Notes under the pieces: generated by a model
Told to the model about the DNA's origin: nothing
What the model saw: only the letters and a program-made list of their open reading frames with translations
Database searches by the model: none
Assembly (NCBI GenBank): GCA_963769885.1
Contig: CAVYNH010000006.1
Location: forward strand, 608,001 to 672,000
Direction of reading: 5' to 3'
Length of the DNA: 64,000 nt
From: Methanobacteriota archaeon
GTDB lineage: Archaea > Thermoplasmatota > E2 > DHVEG-1
Part shown: one piece after another, positions 54,433-64,000 of the stretch
Numbering within the stretch: the first letter of the stretch is position 1
Layout of the letters: each line of letters opens with the position of its first letter
Program-made: the position numbers and the translations under genes

Positions 54433-56265
54433 TCATGGTGCCTGTTTTGGCGTCCTGTCGATGTTGGTGACAGGGATCTTTATCGTGTGGTAGTTCGGCC
54501 AATCTCCGTACGTAATCCGGATTTCCCCATGGATGATTTTCGGTTGAGATAGAGGTTCGCCCCAGTAATTATGAGACCAATGGTTCCATAAGCAGTTTGT
54601 GAAGGAGGCTGGCTCATCACCGCAATTAACAAACGAGTTGCCTCGCATAATCATCACCCGGCAGGACGTGAGCGTAATGGAACCGTTGCCGTCCGTGACG
54701 GTATTGTCTCGGACAAACCCTAGTTTCACGCGAGTCAAAATGATACCACGGTCACCAGCCGGGGGGTGAATGTCATTCTTGATGATTCGGTTTAGGATGC
54801 CGTATTCCACGGCGATGACTCCTTGCTGGAGCGCATTATTCTCAACGAGGGCATTGTGGCATACGCTTAACCCGATGCCGCCCGATTCAAACACATTGTC
54901 CCGGATGATGACGTGCCGTGAGGAGCTGCAGATGAGCCGGCTATACACATTCGTATAGGTTCCATGGACGATGTTGTTGACGAACTTGACGTTCGTGCTC
55001 CCTCCGATAGCGGCTTCGCCTAGATCACTGGAAAACCCAAGATCGTTGTGCACGATTGTGGTATCGTGGCAGTTTCTGACGTCGAGGAGGTTGAAGAAGA
55101 TCTCCCAGCGGCTGTCACTTATGGTATTATCGCTGATGGTCGTGCCCTTGCAGTTCTCCAGGGTGATGCTGGAGAGGCAGGACGTTAGGTTGTTATTCGT
55201 GATGACGCAGTCGTTGCAGTTCCAGCACTGAACCGCGAGATTCGCATCGGTGAGTACCGAGTCGCGGATGGTGATGGCGGTGCAGTTGATGAGGATGACT
55301 TGGCCCCCGTTCTGGGTGATTGTCTGGTCGGTCTCCCTCTCTAAATAGCGGATGGGGGCGCCGTTGAGGAGGTTTCCTGTCATTGTGTTGCCGTAGCATT
55401 GGTAGACTTCGAGGCCGTCATGGACGAAGACGTTGTCGGTAATCTCGCAGTCGGTACACATACCCATGCCAAGACCGGCGACCGTGTTGTTCTCGCAGAG
55501 GTTCCCGTGTATCTGTGAGGAGTTGGATAACACAAGGCAGATGCCGTATTCATTGCCGATCAGGATGTTGTCCATGATGTGTGTTCGTAGTGAGTCGTTG
55601 GCGTAGATGCTCATTTCGTCTTCATTGGTGACCGTGTTGTTGTCGATGGTGTTGTCTGGGCAGGCGAAGAGTTCGACTTGGAGGTCAAAACTTGAGCTGC
55701 GGATGGAGTTGTGGGTGATGCGGTTGAAGGTCGAGTCGTGTTCCAGCCGGATGCTGATGCCGTTCCACCGGAAGTAGCTCTCGCTGATGAGGCAGTGTGA
55801 GGAGGCGTTGAGGCGGATGCCCAGTTCGCTGGTTTGGATGACGAGGTCGGTGAGGATGACGTTGTTGGCGTGGACGTTGATGCATGCAGGGTACGGCCAC
55901 CATTCGGCGGTGTTCTTTATCAGAAATTCTTTGATGGTGACGCCGTCGGTGGTGACGTGTATTGTGTCGGCGGTGTCGTTGCCGATGATGATTGTCGAGT
56001 TGCGGTCTTCTCCTTGGAGCGTGATGGTTTTTGGAATGGTGAGGTATTCATAGTATGGTGCGGAGTCGTTGAAGACGTAGATGGTGTCGCCATTGTTTGA
56101 GGCGTTTATGGCTTGTTGGATGGTGGTGTAGTTGCCGGGTCCGCTGCCGCCGACGTACAATGTCGCTTCCATGCGTGCATCATCGTGTGGATTGACGCCT
56201 TGGGTTGGTGTGACACAGCTGAGCGTTACCAGTATGCTTGCCACTATGACCATAAATCCTTTCAT
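54433..56265 (-). CDS. NosD/parallel beta-helix secreted protein
   Basis: TLYVGGSGPGNYTTIQQAI, long beta-helix, HNYWGEP. Confidence 0.9.
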   Translation of the reverse strand: MKGFMVIVASILVTLSCVTPTQGVNPHDDARMEATLYVGGSGPGNYTTIQQAINASNNGDTIYVFNDSAPYYEYLTIPKTITLQGEDRNSTIIIGNDTADTIHVTTDGVTIKEFLIKNTAEWWPYPACINVHANNVILTDLVIQTSELGIRLNASSHCLISESYFRWNGISIRLEHDSTFNRITHNSIRSSSFDLQVELFACPDNTIDNNTVTNEDEMSIYANDSLRTHIMDNILIGNEYGICLVLSNSSQIHGNLCENNTVAGLGMGMCTDCEITDNVFVHDGLEVYQCYGNTMTGNLLNGAPIRYLERETDQTITQNGGQVILINCTAITIRDSVLTDANLAVQCWNCNDCVITNNNLTSCLSSITLENCKGTTISDNTISDSRWEIFFNLLDVRNCHDTTIVHNDLGFSSDLGEAAIGGSTNVKFVNNIVHGTYTNVYSRLICSSSRHVIIRDNVFESGGIGLSVCHNALVENNALQQGVIAVEYGILNRIIKNDIHPPAGDRGIILTRVKLGFVRDNTVTDGNGSITLTSCRVMIMRGNSFVNCGDEPASFTNCLWNHWSHNYWGEPLSQPKIIHGEIRITYGDWPNYHTIKIPVTNIDRTPKQAP

Positions 56266-56532
56266 AGTTACGCTTCCTCAGTGTTTTTTTAAAGAATATT
56301 CTCGTATTAATATTTTTTCTTATAAAATAATTCGTCTTTATAAGAAGGGTTGTATGTGATTTCTTCAAACCATCGTGCGTGTTGAAAGGATTCGATATTT
56401 TCAGGAAGCCGCATAGGGTCAAAGGTGCAAAAAGGAGAAGTCGCTTCAGAAAAATCGAGAAATAGAGATTGACCTCATCCCCTGGTGCAGGTACCCCCAG
56501 TCGGAGTACGCTTTCACCTGGTTCGTGTCGTT

Positions 56533-57603
56533 TTAGTATGGCTGGAATGGTGTTTGGGCGGGTCGCCAGTCGAATGCCACTCGGGTCTGGGGCACTACCT
56601 CGGTGATTGCGAAGATGTAGATGCAGAATATAGTAAATCCGAAGATGGGATGCGGAAAGAGGCTGGGTTTTCCCCAGTAGTTATGTCGCCAGTGTGATGC
56701 CTCGATGACTTTGTAGTCCTTGAAATATTGGTTCCAGGATTGGTTGATCATCCCCCGTAGTTTGTAGATTGCTTCGCTTATGGGGCCGTTGATGAACCGG
56801 GCGCCGGTTCCCGCGTCTTTAAAGTTGTTTTCGGTGACGAGGTCTTTGCATAGGATGAGTCCTATGCCGAGCTCTGAGTGGTTCATGGTGTTCCGTTGGA
56901 ATGTGTTGTGATAGCCCCATTCATCAATGATGCAGGTGCCTTCATCGGTGAAGTAGTTCGAGGAGATGTTACTGTCATGCGTATATTCGAGGATAATGCC
57001 TCTGCTGTTTCCTTGGAAGGTGTTGTGTGCGATGGTGGTCTTGCGGACGCCTGAGCATCGTATCCCGTAGCTCACGTCGATGAAAGAGGAGTGGTCGATC
57101 GTGTTCCCTTGGAGGAGCGGTGCGGTCCGGTTGTAGTCACTAATGTAGATGCCATACGCGCCTCTCTCAAAACTCATGTCTGAAATGAGGTTGTTGTTCG
57201 TATAGATCTCCAAGGCAAATCCATTCGAGATGGCGATGAGCGTGATGCCGCTGATGGTGACGTTGTCTGCTAGGATTCTGATGAGAGGACTGTACGGACC
57301 AGGGTATGGGGCTGTTCCATTGAGGATTGTGGTCTGTCGCTGTTCGCCGAGTAGCGTGATGGAGTGGTTGACGAGGACTGGTTCTCGGTACGGCGCGGAG
57401 TCGTCGTAGACGAAGACGGTGTCGCCGTCCGTGGCTGCGTCGACCGCTGCTTGGATTGTGGTGTAGTTGCCTGGGTTGCTGCCTCCGACGTAGAGCCATG
57501 TGGAGAGCGGTGCGTTCTTCGGTGTTGGTGTCATCCCTACGGCGGGGATTGCAAGGCAGACGGTCACCAGCAGTACACAGACGATTTGTTGAAGCTTTGC
57601 CAT
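56533..57603 (-). CDS. NosD/parallel beta-helix secreted protein
   Basis: WLYVGGSNPGNYTTIQAAV, HNYWGKP, FDWRPAQTP. Confidence 0.9.
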   Translation of the reverse strand: MAKLQQIVCVLLVTVCLAIPAVGMTPTPKNAPLSTWLYVGGSNPGNYTTIQAAVDAATDGDTVFVYDDSAPYREPVLVNHSITLLGEQRQTTILNGTAPYPGPYSPLIRILADNVTISGITLIAISNGFALEIYTNNNLISDMSFERGAYGIYISDYNRTAPLLQGNTIDHSSFIDVSYGIRCSGVRKTTIAHNTFQGNSRGIILEYTHDSNISSNYFTDEGTCIIDEWGYHNTFQRNTMNHSELGIGLILCKDLVTENNFKDAGTGARFINGPISEAIYKLRGMINQSWNQYFKDYKVIEASHWRHNYWGKPSLFPHPIFGFTIFCIYIFAITEVVPQTRVAFDWRPAQTPFQPY

Positions 57604-57925
57604 TCTTTCTTCCCTTTTATTATAAATGAAGGGTGGATATTAAAAAGTATGGGTATAAATAAGAAAAGGTGGTTTTAAAAGGTAAATAATAGCCTAGTTT
57701 CTTTCTTGGATGTCTCCCGTGTGCATGTCATGTAATAATGAGAATGTACTTCTTGCTTGCTTCTGGCTTTGGGAGAGTGGGTATTTTGAGACAACGCCGA
57801 ATTCATTCACATAGCCAAAATTAACAGGGTACTCTTCATGGTCAAAGATTCAAGAAAGTGAAGTAACGTAAGAAAAAGAGAATAATATAAATATTAGGAA
57901 AGAATTATTTTAATGAAGATTCCAA

Positions 57926-59234
57926 ATGAAAAAAATGATTATCCGCCAGAGTATTGCGATATTCTTGGTGGCTTTACTCTTCCCTACCGTCTTCGTTCCT
58001 CCGATGTCTCCTCTCGCGGCACGCCACGTTCCTCTAGGAAGCAGTCCCCTCTGCTCAAACGACAGCTGCGAGCTGGATCTGCTCATCGGTGAGATTAATT
58101 TCTCCATTCTTCCACCAACGCCACCGCATCCGTTCAACATCTCATATTCTTTGCCTCCAATCTACAACAACCAGGCGCCCATCCTCGTTTCCATCTTGAA
58201 TGACACCACGGCGGACATCCTCAAGTACGCCATTATCAATGACACTGAGCCGAATGTGCGCATCACCTTCCTGATTTCCTCAAACGCGACGCCAACAGCT
58301 CCGTTCCTCCATTTCATGTTTTGGGTTCTCGGTACAAAACAATGATTTCAGTGGGTTTGTGAACGATTCACGGATTCCGACGCTAGACGAACTGCCCGAG
58401 GAGACCAAGGCATGGCTTGCCGCGACAGAGGCTGTGCAATCCCATAATATTCTGATTCGCATGAAGGCCCACTCGCTCCTCCTTAGAACCGACTGTCTGA
58501 ACGTGCTTGCCGCACGCATTGTGAAATACACCTCGCTGCATGAGATGCGGCTTTGGCTATGGTATTTCTTTAACGCCCTGCCGACGAACACCCGCTCGGG
58601 ATGGGCCAAATACTTGGATGCCGCATCGTCGTTGTTCTTCGGAGGAACGTGCACGGGCAGAGCCAATCTTGGCACCGCGCTCTTCCGGGCGAACGGCGTA
58701 CCCGCCAGAGTCCTTCACGTCATGCCAACATGGTCCAGCGGGTGGTACGATATGCATTACATCAGTGAGTATTACAGTCTAGACAACGGCTGGGTCCTTG
58801 CGGAGACTGTGTTGGGCATCACCCCGTTGGAACAAAAGCAGAATATCATTCTGCGGGTGAACTATCCCGCGGATGAGGATACAGCAGGTAATCGAGGGGA
58901 CTATTACGGCGGATGTGAACCGTGGTTTTGGATGGATGCCAACGTGATGATCTATTGGACTCACCAGGGGTCCGGTGCGCAATCCTGGCTTCATAATGCC
59001 TTGTGGACAGACAACGACACAAGTGCTCAAAGCTTGGCCATCACGAAGATGGTCTATCCGATGTTCATCAAATACGCAGGGGTGGAATTGACTGGGGAGA
59101 ACCAGCACCATTACTCCAATGCGATTCTTGCTGAGGTGAGTGCCATCAACTGCTTCACCCAGTTGGACATCACTGGGTACCTTGCGAACATGACGCTAGC
59201 GTATCAAGAATTTTCTCAGATATCGTACCCGTAA
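57926..59234 (+). CDS. Secreted transglutaminase-like protein, split by a +1 frameshift near 58331
   Basis: The signal-peptide ORF joins the second ORF via TGG GTT CTC G GTA CAA AAC; motifs GTCTGRANLGTALFRANGVPAR, MHYISEYY, GWVLAE. Confidence 0.78.
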
Positions 59235-59290
59235 TTTTTAGTGAACCCCTTATGGTCAACCCTATAGGGATGGTTTTATAATCTATGAAG

Positions 59291-59325
59291 GTTATCATCT
59301 TTGATAACTAACATATATTTATATA
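59291..59325 (+). promoter_or_regulatory. Palindromic operator plus TATA box upstream of the AbiE pair
   Basis: GTTATCA-TCTT-TGATAAC, then TATTTATATA. Confidence 0.6.
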
Positions 59326-59349
59326 CCTTGAATGCCCATACATACGCAT

Positions 59350-59931
59350 ATGCCAATTATGAAGTATCAAGACCAACTTCACACCGTCCTTCAAAAACCA
59401 GTCTTCGGCGTCAGCGATTTCGTCGCAAATGGCATCCCTCGACCTTACGTAAAACAACTCCTTCATCGACTGGAAACCTCGGGTAAAATCACCCGCATCG
59501 AACGCGGCAAGTACACCACCTCAGAAGACCCGATTACCGTCAGCGTCTACCTCACGAGCCCCTGCTACCTTTCCATGTGGACCGCATTGTCCATCCGCAA
59601 ACTCACGACACAGCTACCGTTCTCGGTTGAAATCGTCACGACACGTCAACGATATCGGCGAACAATCACATTCAAAGGAACTCCCATTGTCTTCTATCGT
59701 GTTCGCCCGACGATGCTCTATGGCTACGAGAATATCCTGTGGAAAGACCATCGAGTTCCCGTGGCACGGCCGGAGAAGATTATCGTCGACGCCCTCTACT
59801 TCCACGCTATACCGTTAGGGGAACTCGATGAGGTCTTCGACGCAGCTGAGCATAAGCTCTTGCGGACCTATGCGCAGATGACGGGCGATGCCCGTATCAT
59901 CGCCATCATAAAGGAGCGGCTCGCATGTTGA
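59350..59931 (+). CDS. Type IV toxin-antitoxin AbiEi-family antitoxin
   Basis: wHTH (LLHRLETSGKITRIERGKY), YLSMWTALS, ARPEKIIVDALY motifs. Confidence 0.85.
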   Translation: MPIMKYQDQLHTVLQKPVFGVSDFVANGIPRPYVKQLLHRLETSGKITRIERGKYTTSEDPITVSVYLTSPCYLSMWTALSIRKLTTQLPFSVEIVTTRQRYRRTITFKGTPIVFYRVRPTMLYGYENILWKDHRVPVARPEKIIVDALYFHAIPLGELDEVFDAAEHKLLRTYAQMTGDARIIAIIKERLAC

Positions 59932-60662
59932 CGTCACCAGAGGTTAAACGCTATGCCCATGCCCGCCGTATCACCCTGCTTGACCAGGCATGGAAGGACT
60001 ACCTCCAGGACCTTGTCCTCTCGCTGCTCTACCGTCAGTGGCCCAGTCTCCTGTTCCGCGGTGGAACCTGCATCTGGAAGGTCATGCACGGCGACCGGTT
60101 CTCCGAGGACCTCGACCTATGCCTTGAGACGAAGGCGCCTGGTACGATTGAGGAATACCTCACCAAGGAGCTCTCGTACTATGGGTTTTCCTGCGCAGTC
60201 CGGAGGAAGAAGCAGACGGAAAGCATGCTGTTCCTCGCCTTAGGAATCACCTCGCCTACGCACCCGCGTGAAATCACGTTAGCGGTTGAGATCCTGCGGG
60301 CATCTCCCTGCGCCCGGCGCAAGGAAACCGTGACGATGTACTCGCCCTATCCGGATATCGCGCCTATTGAGATTAATGTCCCTCATCGAGATGAGATCAT
60401 AGCTGACAAGATAGGCGCGGTATGCCAGCGGGACAAGCCGCGCGACATCCACGACCTTTATCTCCTCCTGAAACAAGGTGGGCATGTTGACATGGTATTG
60501 GTCCAAGAAAGGATCCCGCATTTCACTATCGATATGCTTCGGGAAAAACTTCGGGAGAAAAAGAGACTCTGGAAAAGTCTAGGACCCCTTGTCGTGACGA
60601 AGCTGCCATCGTTCGATGAGGAGGTCGCTTACATCACATCTTTTTTCGCATGTGGCTGTTAA
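59925..60662 (+). CDS. AbiEii-family nucleotidyltransferase toxin
   Basis: KDYLQ, FRGGTCI, RFSEDLD, ADKIGA..RDKPRDIHD motifs. Confidence 0.9.
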   Translation: MLTSPEVKRYAHARRITLLDQAWKDYLQDLVLSLLYRQWPSLLFRGGTCIWKVMHGDRFSEDLDLCLETKAPGTIEEYLTKELSYYGFSCAVRRKKQTESMLFLALGITSPTHPREITLAVEILRASPCARRKETVTMYSPYPDIAPIEINVPHRDEIIADKIGAVCQRDKPRDIHDLYLLLKQGGHVDMVLVQERIPHFTIDMLREKLREKKRLWKSLGPLVVTKLPSFDEEVAYITSFFACGC

Positions 60663-60856
60663 TTCCTATAAAATTCTGCCCTTTTTCATATAAACAAATT
60701 CAATGTATCCTGGAGGGTCAGACCTAGAAGAATCATTACATTGACCCCTACATTTTTGTAATAATATGATACTATTCATATTTTGTAGAAGTAATTTTTT
60801 TTTTATGTCGATTGGCTATTTTTCCAGTTGTCTTCACAATAGGGATGAAACAATAA

Positions 60857-60908
60857 ATACCTCTACTTTTTTTTAAAATACAAAAAGTTTATTAATTTGT
60901 AGAGGTAT
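60857..60908. promoter_or_regulatory. Inverted repeat flanking the Fic promoter
   Basis: ATACCTCTAC (60857-60866) ... GTAGAGGTAT (60899-60908) around an AT-rich TATA region. Confidence 0.6.
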
Positions 60909-60918
60909 ATTGATAATC

Positions 60919-61824
60919 ATGGTGTTTGTGAAAAAGAAAGTCGTCCAGGGGAAATCCTACTATTATCTCGAGCACAGCTATCGGAAGGATGGAAAAGTCC
61001 ACAAACTCACAAAATATCTTGGAACGACACTACCCCCCTCTCTCGACCACGAAAAAGAGACGTTCCTGGTCAGTCACTATCAAGAGATCTGGTACCCCCT
61101 TTTCGAGATTATTAAGAAAAACTATACGTCCGAGCAGGTAAAACAACCGCGGGATATTGCGAAAAAAGAAATGGAGCGTTTCACCACCATGTTCACCTAT
61201 ACGACGAACCGTATCGAAGGATCAGCCCTGACCCTGCGCGAAACAGCGGAACTCCTCGAACATGGTTTATCTCCCCGGCATAGGCCACTGAGTGATGTGA
61301 AAGAAGCGGAGGCGCATAAAGCCGTCTTTAACGCGATGCTTACCTATGATCACGAGCTGAGCCTTTCAACGGTTTTGCACTGGCATAAAAACCTTTTTTC
61401 CCAGACCAAAGCTTCCGACGCCGGTCGCATCCGCACGTACCAAGTCGGCATCTCAGGTAGTAGATACGAACCACCTCTCCCGATAGAGCTTGAGTTCCTC
61501 CTCCATGAGTTCTTTCACTGGTACCATAAAAACAAACACACCATGCATCCGGTTCATCTTGCAGCACTCGTTCACTTACGGTTTGTCAGCATCCATCCTT
61601 TTGGAGACGGGAACGGACGCCTGTCTCGACTTCTGATGAACTATGTTTTGCACAAGTATGGATATCCCATGCTCATCATCGATTACAACCAACGGCATAG
61701 CTATTACACAGCGCTTGAACGTAGTCACCTCACGAAGGATGAGAGCATCTTTGTCCAGTGGTTTTTCAAACGCTATTGCAAGGAATACAGAAGGTTTTTA
61801 CAGGAAAAAAGAAAAGTCAAATAA
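60919..61824 (+). CDS. Fic family protein
   Basis: HPFGDGNGRLSR catalytic motif; TNRIEGS inhibitory-helix-like motif. Confidence 0.95.
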   Translation: MVFVKKKVVQGKSYYYLEHSYRKDGKVHKLTKYLGTTLPPSLDHEKETFLVSHYQEIWYPLFEIIKKNYTSEQVKQPRDIAKKEMERFTTMFTYTTNRIEGSALTLRETAELLEHGLSPRHRPLSDVKEAEAHKAVFNAMLTYDHELSLSTVLHWHKNLFSQTKASDAGRIRTYQVGISGSRYEPPLPIELEFLLHEFFHWYHKNKHTMHPVHLAALVHLRFVSIHPFGDGNGRLSRLLMNYVLHKYGYPMLIIDYNQRHSYYTALERSHLTKDESIFVQWFFKRYCKEYRRFLQEKRKVK

Positions 61825-61901
61825 CTGCTGCCTATGCGGTACCAGAGATGGCCACACTTACGGGGTACTTGAGATAGCGAAATCGACTGGCAGAACAACT
61901 T

Positions 61902-63098
61902 TCAGCGTAAAAAAATGGGGAAAACGAAGCATAGAAAAACGCACGCCTTCCCAGTAATTGTTTCATTCGCAGCGGTCACGGTAAGTCTGGTCAGGCCAAA
62001 CCCAACAACCTTGTCGTTCACCTGGACATCGCCCCATGCCGGAATCGTCTCATGAAACGGTTTTTCCTTGGGGAACACAAAGCCAGTCACTGTCATCGTT
62101 CCGTTGATATTAATTGGCATTCCACCGTTGTTATGGATGGTTGCGGTGATGCCAAGGCCTCCCTCGATGCTGATCGTGATATTGTACGGGATGGCGAAGG
62201 ACCGGTAGTGTGGTACTTCGCGGTTCCCGGCGTTGTCGACAGAGTAAAACATGAGATGATGATCGCCGGGTTCACTGACTTGGAAAGGATGGGTATAGTT
62301 GGTCACCGGGCCGCCGTCCAATGAGTAGACGGTGTAGGCTACTCCGGAATAATTATCGAATGCGGTGAGGATGACTGTTATGGTATTGGTCCCGTGCAGT
62401 TGGCACGTCGTGACTGGGGGTACGGTGTCGTTTTCTGTGATATGGACTTCAAGATTCCAGTTGCCCCAAATCCCCTGCGCCAGAAGCTCAGTCCAGTAGG
62501 TCAGCCAGGCCAAGTCGCCCTTCGTGGGGGTGCACGTATTTTCATCGTAGCCGCCGGGGTAGGTGCCGACCGGTGCGTCCCAGCCGACACCGACCCAGAC
62601 CGTATCATTCTCCGTGAAAGGATAAGGGTCTGTCAGGTTGAAGTAGAAATAGTCATTGATGACATCGCAGAAGCCGGAGGCGACCATCGTCGTGTTCTCT
62701 GTAGGGCTGGGCGGGTGATCGACGCCGGTGTACATCCAGGCGGTATAGTTTTCCTCGACGCAATATTCATCGGGTTGGGTCGGGCAGCCGTGCATGATTT
62801 TAATCTTGTCAAAAGCTCCGTGTAAACCTGCAAGTTCGGTTGGCGTGAATTTGATGATTTCATATAACGGTATTTCAAAACCTTTTGCCCATCCAATCGC
62901 GTTCTCACAGGTGCCGTCATCATAATGCAGGTAATAATCAGTTGAGGATGGCGCTGCAGTACCTGCATGGAGCCAGACGCCGGTTTCGTATGGTTCTGCC
63001 ACAGTGCAGAGAGTGTTGTTGGAGTTGATTGCCACAGCTGCTGGGATTGTCGCGAAAAGTAAAAGAACGATGACGGTACCAGCTGTTTCCTTTTTCAT
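61902..63098 (-). CDS. Secreted protein with Ig-like/OmpL47-type domain
   Basis: Signal peptide, LHYDDG..ENAIG, DTVPPVTT...YSLDGG...FYSVDNAGNRE. Confidence 0.8.
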   Translation of the reverse strand: MKKETAGTVIVLLLFATIPAAVAINSNNTLCTVAEPYETGVWLHAGTAAPSSTDYYLHYDDGTCENAIGWAKGFEIPLYEIIKFTPTELAGLHGAFDKIKIMHGCPTQPDEYCVEENYTAWMYTGVDHPPSPTENTTMVASGFCDVINDYFYFNLTDPYPFTENDTVWVGVGWDAPVGTYPGGYDENTCTPTKGDLAWLTYWTELLAQGIWGNWNLEVHITENDTVPPVTTCQLHGTNTITVILTAFDNYSGVAYTVYSLDGGPVTNYTHPFQVSEPGDHHLMFYSVDNAGNREVPHYRSFAIPYNITISIEGGLGITATIHNNGGMPININGTMTVTGFVFPKEKPFHETIPAWGDVQVNDKVVGFGLTRLTVTAANETITGKACVFLCFVFPIFLR

Positions 63099-63337
63099 TG
63101 AACTCCCTCTTTTCCCAACAAAATCATCGTCGAGACGTGATATAAATATTTCTATTGTCAAAGAAGGTTATGTGGGATTTTTTTAGATATTATTTTCCTT
63201 TAGGGAAAAATAAAGTAATTCTCTGATTTTCCCGAATCTAAAAAAGGTTTACAATCAATTTTTTTTTAACTACTAACCAGAGGGCAGCCTACACGGTCAA
63301 GATAAGATGGAAATGAGCAGTTTTCGTAATCGTGCAT

Positions 63338-64000
63338 CTAGTTCAAATCAATCTTATATGGCTTCATCAATGGAAACCGGTCTGAGCCAATTATTGCGTT
63401 CGATATCTTGAAGGGTAAGAATCCAATCCCGTCATGGTTGTAATCCACGATCTGTGGATGTTTTAATCCGGGATAGTCATCCCAATAGTTTCCAATGCAG
63501 TGCCCAAGTGAGAATTTCCACCAAAAATTACAACATTCATCGTATGCATTGTCAGCGTTTCCTATGAAATTATTGCAATAGAAAAGATTGTAATTTGAGG
63601 GAGTTTGGTATACCAATGAGATAAAGAGATACACACCCCAGTACGAATTGTTAGTGATATTATTGCAACAGATCGTATTCTCATTGGACTGGTAAAACCA
63701 TAAGCCTACTTGGTTATTCGTTATTTCATTATTTCTAATGATGTTGTGGTAGTCACCAGCATAAAATTCAATGCCCGCACTTTGATTTGAGATATGATTT
63801 TTGCCTATGAGGTTGTTGTCGGCACCACGGAGCAGCAGTACTCCTTCACCAGCATCTTTGAAAATATTCCCTGTGATTGTATTATGGTCTACCCTTCCGA
63901 TGACAATGCAGACTCCATCCTGAATCCCCCCTGCCCTGAATGTATTATTTATGACGAAAGTGAACGATGCTTGAATATAAATTCCGCATCCATCGTAAAT
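63338..64000 (-). CDS. 3' part of a NosD/parallel beta-helix secreted protein (starts beyond the window)
   Basis: NNFIGNADNAYDE...GNYWDDY...DYNHDGIG..DRFPLMKP. Confidence 0.82.
   Translation of the reverse strand: MYDGCGIYIQASFTFVINNTFRAGGIQDGVCIVIGRVDHNTITGNIFKDAGEGVLLLRGADNNLIGKNHISNQSAGIEFYAGDYHNIIRNNEITNNQVGLWFYQSNENTICCNNITNNSYWGVYLFISLVYQTPSNYNLFYCNNFIGNADNAYDECCNFWWKFSLGHCIGNYWDDYPGLKHPQIVDYNHDGIGFLPFKISNAIIGSDRFPLMKPYKIDLN

Noticed and set aside
54244-54552. 102-aa + strand ORF
   Set aside because: It overlaps the 3' end of the NosD gene on the opposite strand and has no motif support.
54061-63337. Canonical integron attC sites or IS/transposase
   Set aside because: No RYYYAAC...GTTRRRY long imperfect hairpins, integrase, transposase or terminal inverted repeats with target duplications were recognised.

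Overview
This is an archaeal chromosomal segment, most consistent with a sediment Thermoplasmatota lineage (MBG-D/Thermoprofundales-like). That assignment is an inference from the unsplit rpoB, the PGF-CTERM proteins, the expanded NosD/PKD surface proteins and hdrCBA with no methanogenesis genes in the window. The housekeeping core has the RNA polymerase operon (rpoH-rpoB-rpoA1-rpoA2-rpl30e-nusA), the proteasome/exosome superoperon (psmA-sdo1-rrp4-rrp41-rrp42-[2 inserted secreted genes]-rpl37ae-rpoP-pcc1), coaD, trm5, queE, purA and GTP-PEPCK. It also has a four-gene dye-linked proline dehydrogenase/sarcosine oxidase-type complex, hdrCBA, three tRNAs (Thr, intron-containing Tyr, Lys) and a probable S-layer gene with a structured leader. 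About 54-64 kb is an accessory tract of surface proteins, a transglutaminase-like gene, an AbiE toxin-antitoxin pair and a Fic gene. The most striking signal is a quasi-palindromic 16-bp site (GTAYCC-N4-DGGTCA) in essentially every intergenic gap of that tract, including convergent gaps and mostly in one orientation. This suggests a cassette-like array or an unknown DNA-binding system; no recombinase is visible in the window. Other oddities: kb-scale G/T versus C/A strand-skew domains independent of gene direction, a histone-H1-like tail on RpoA'', a trm5 3' end that overlaps tRNA-Thr and carries its TATA box, probable non-AUG starts, and three single-base frameshifts that are probably sequencing errors.
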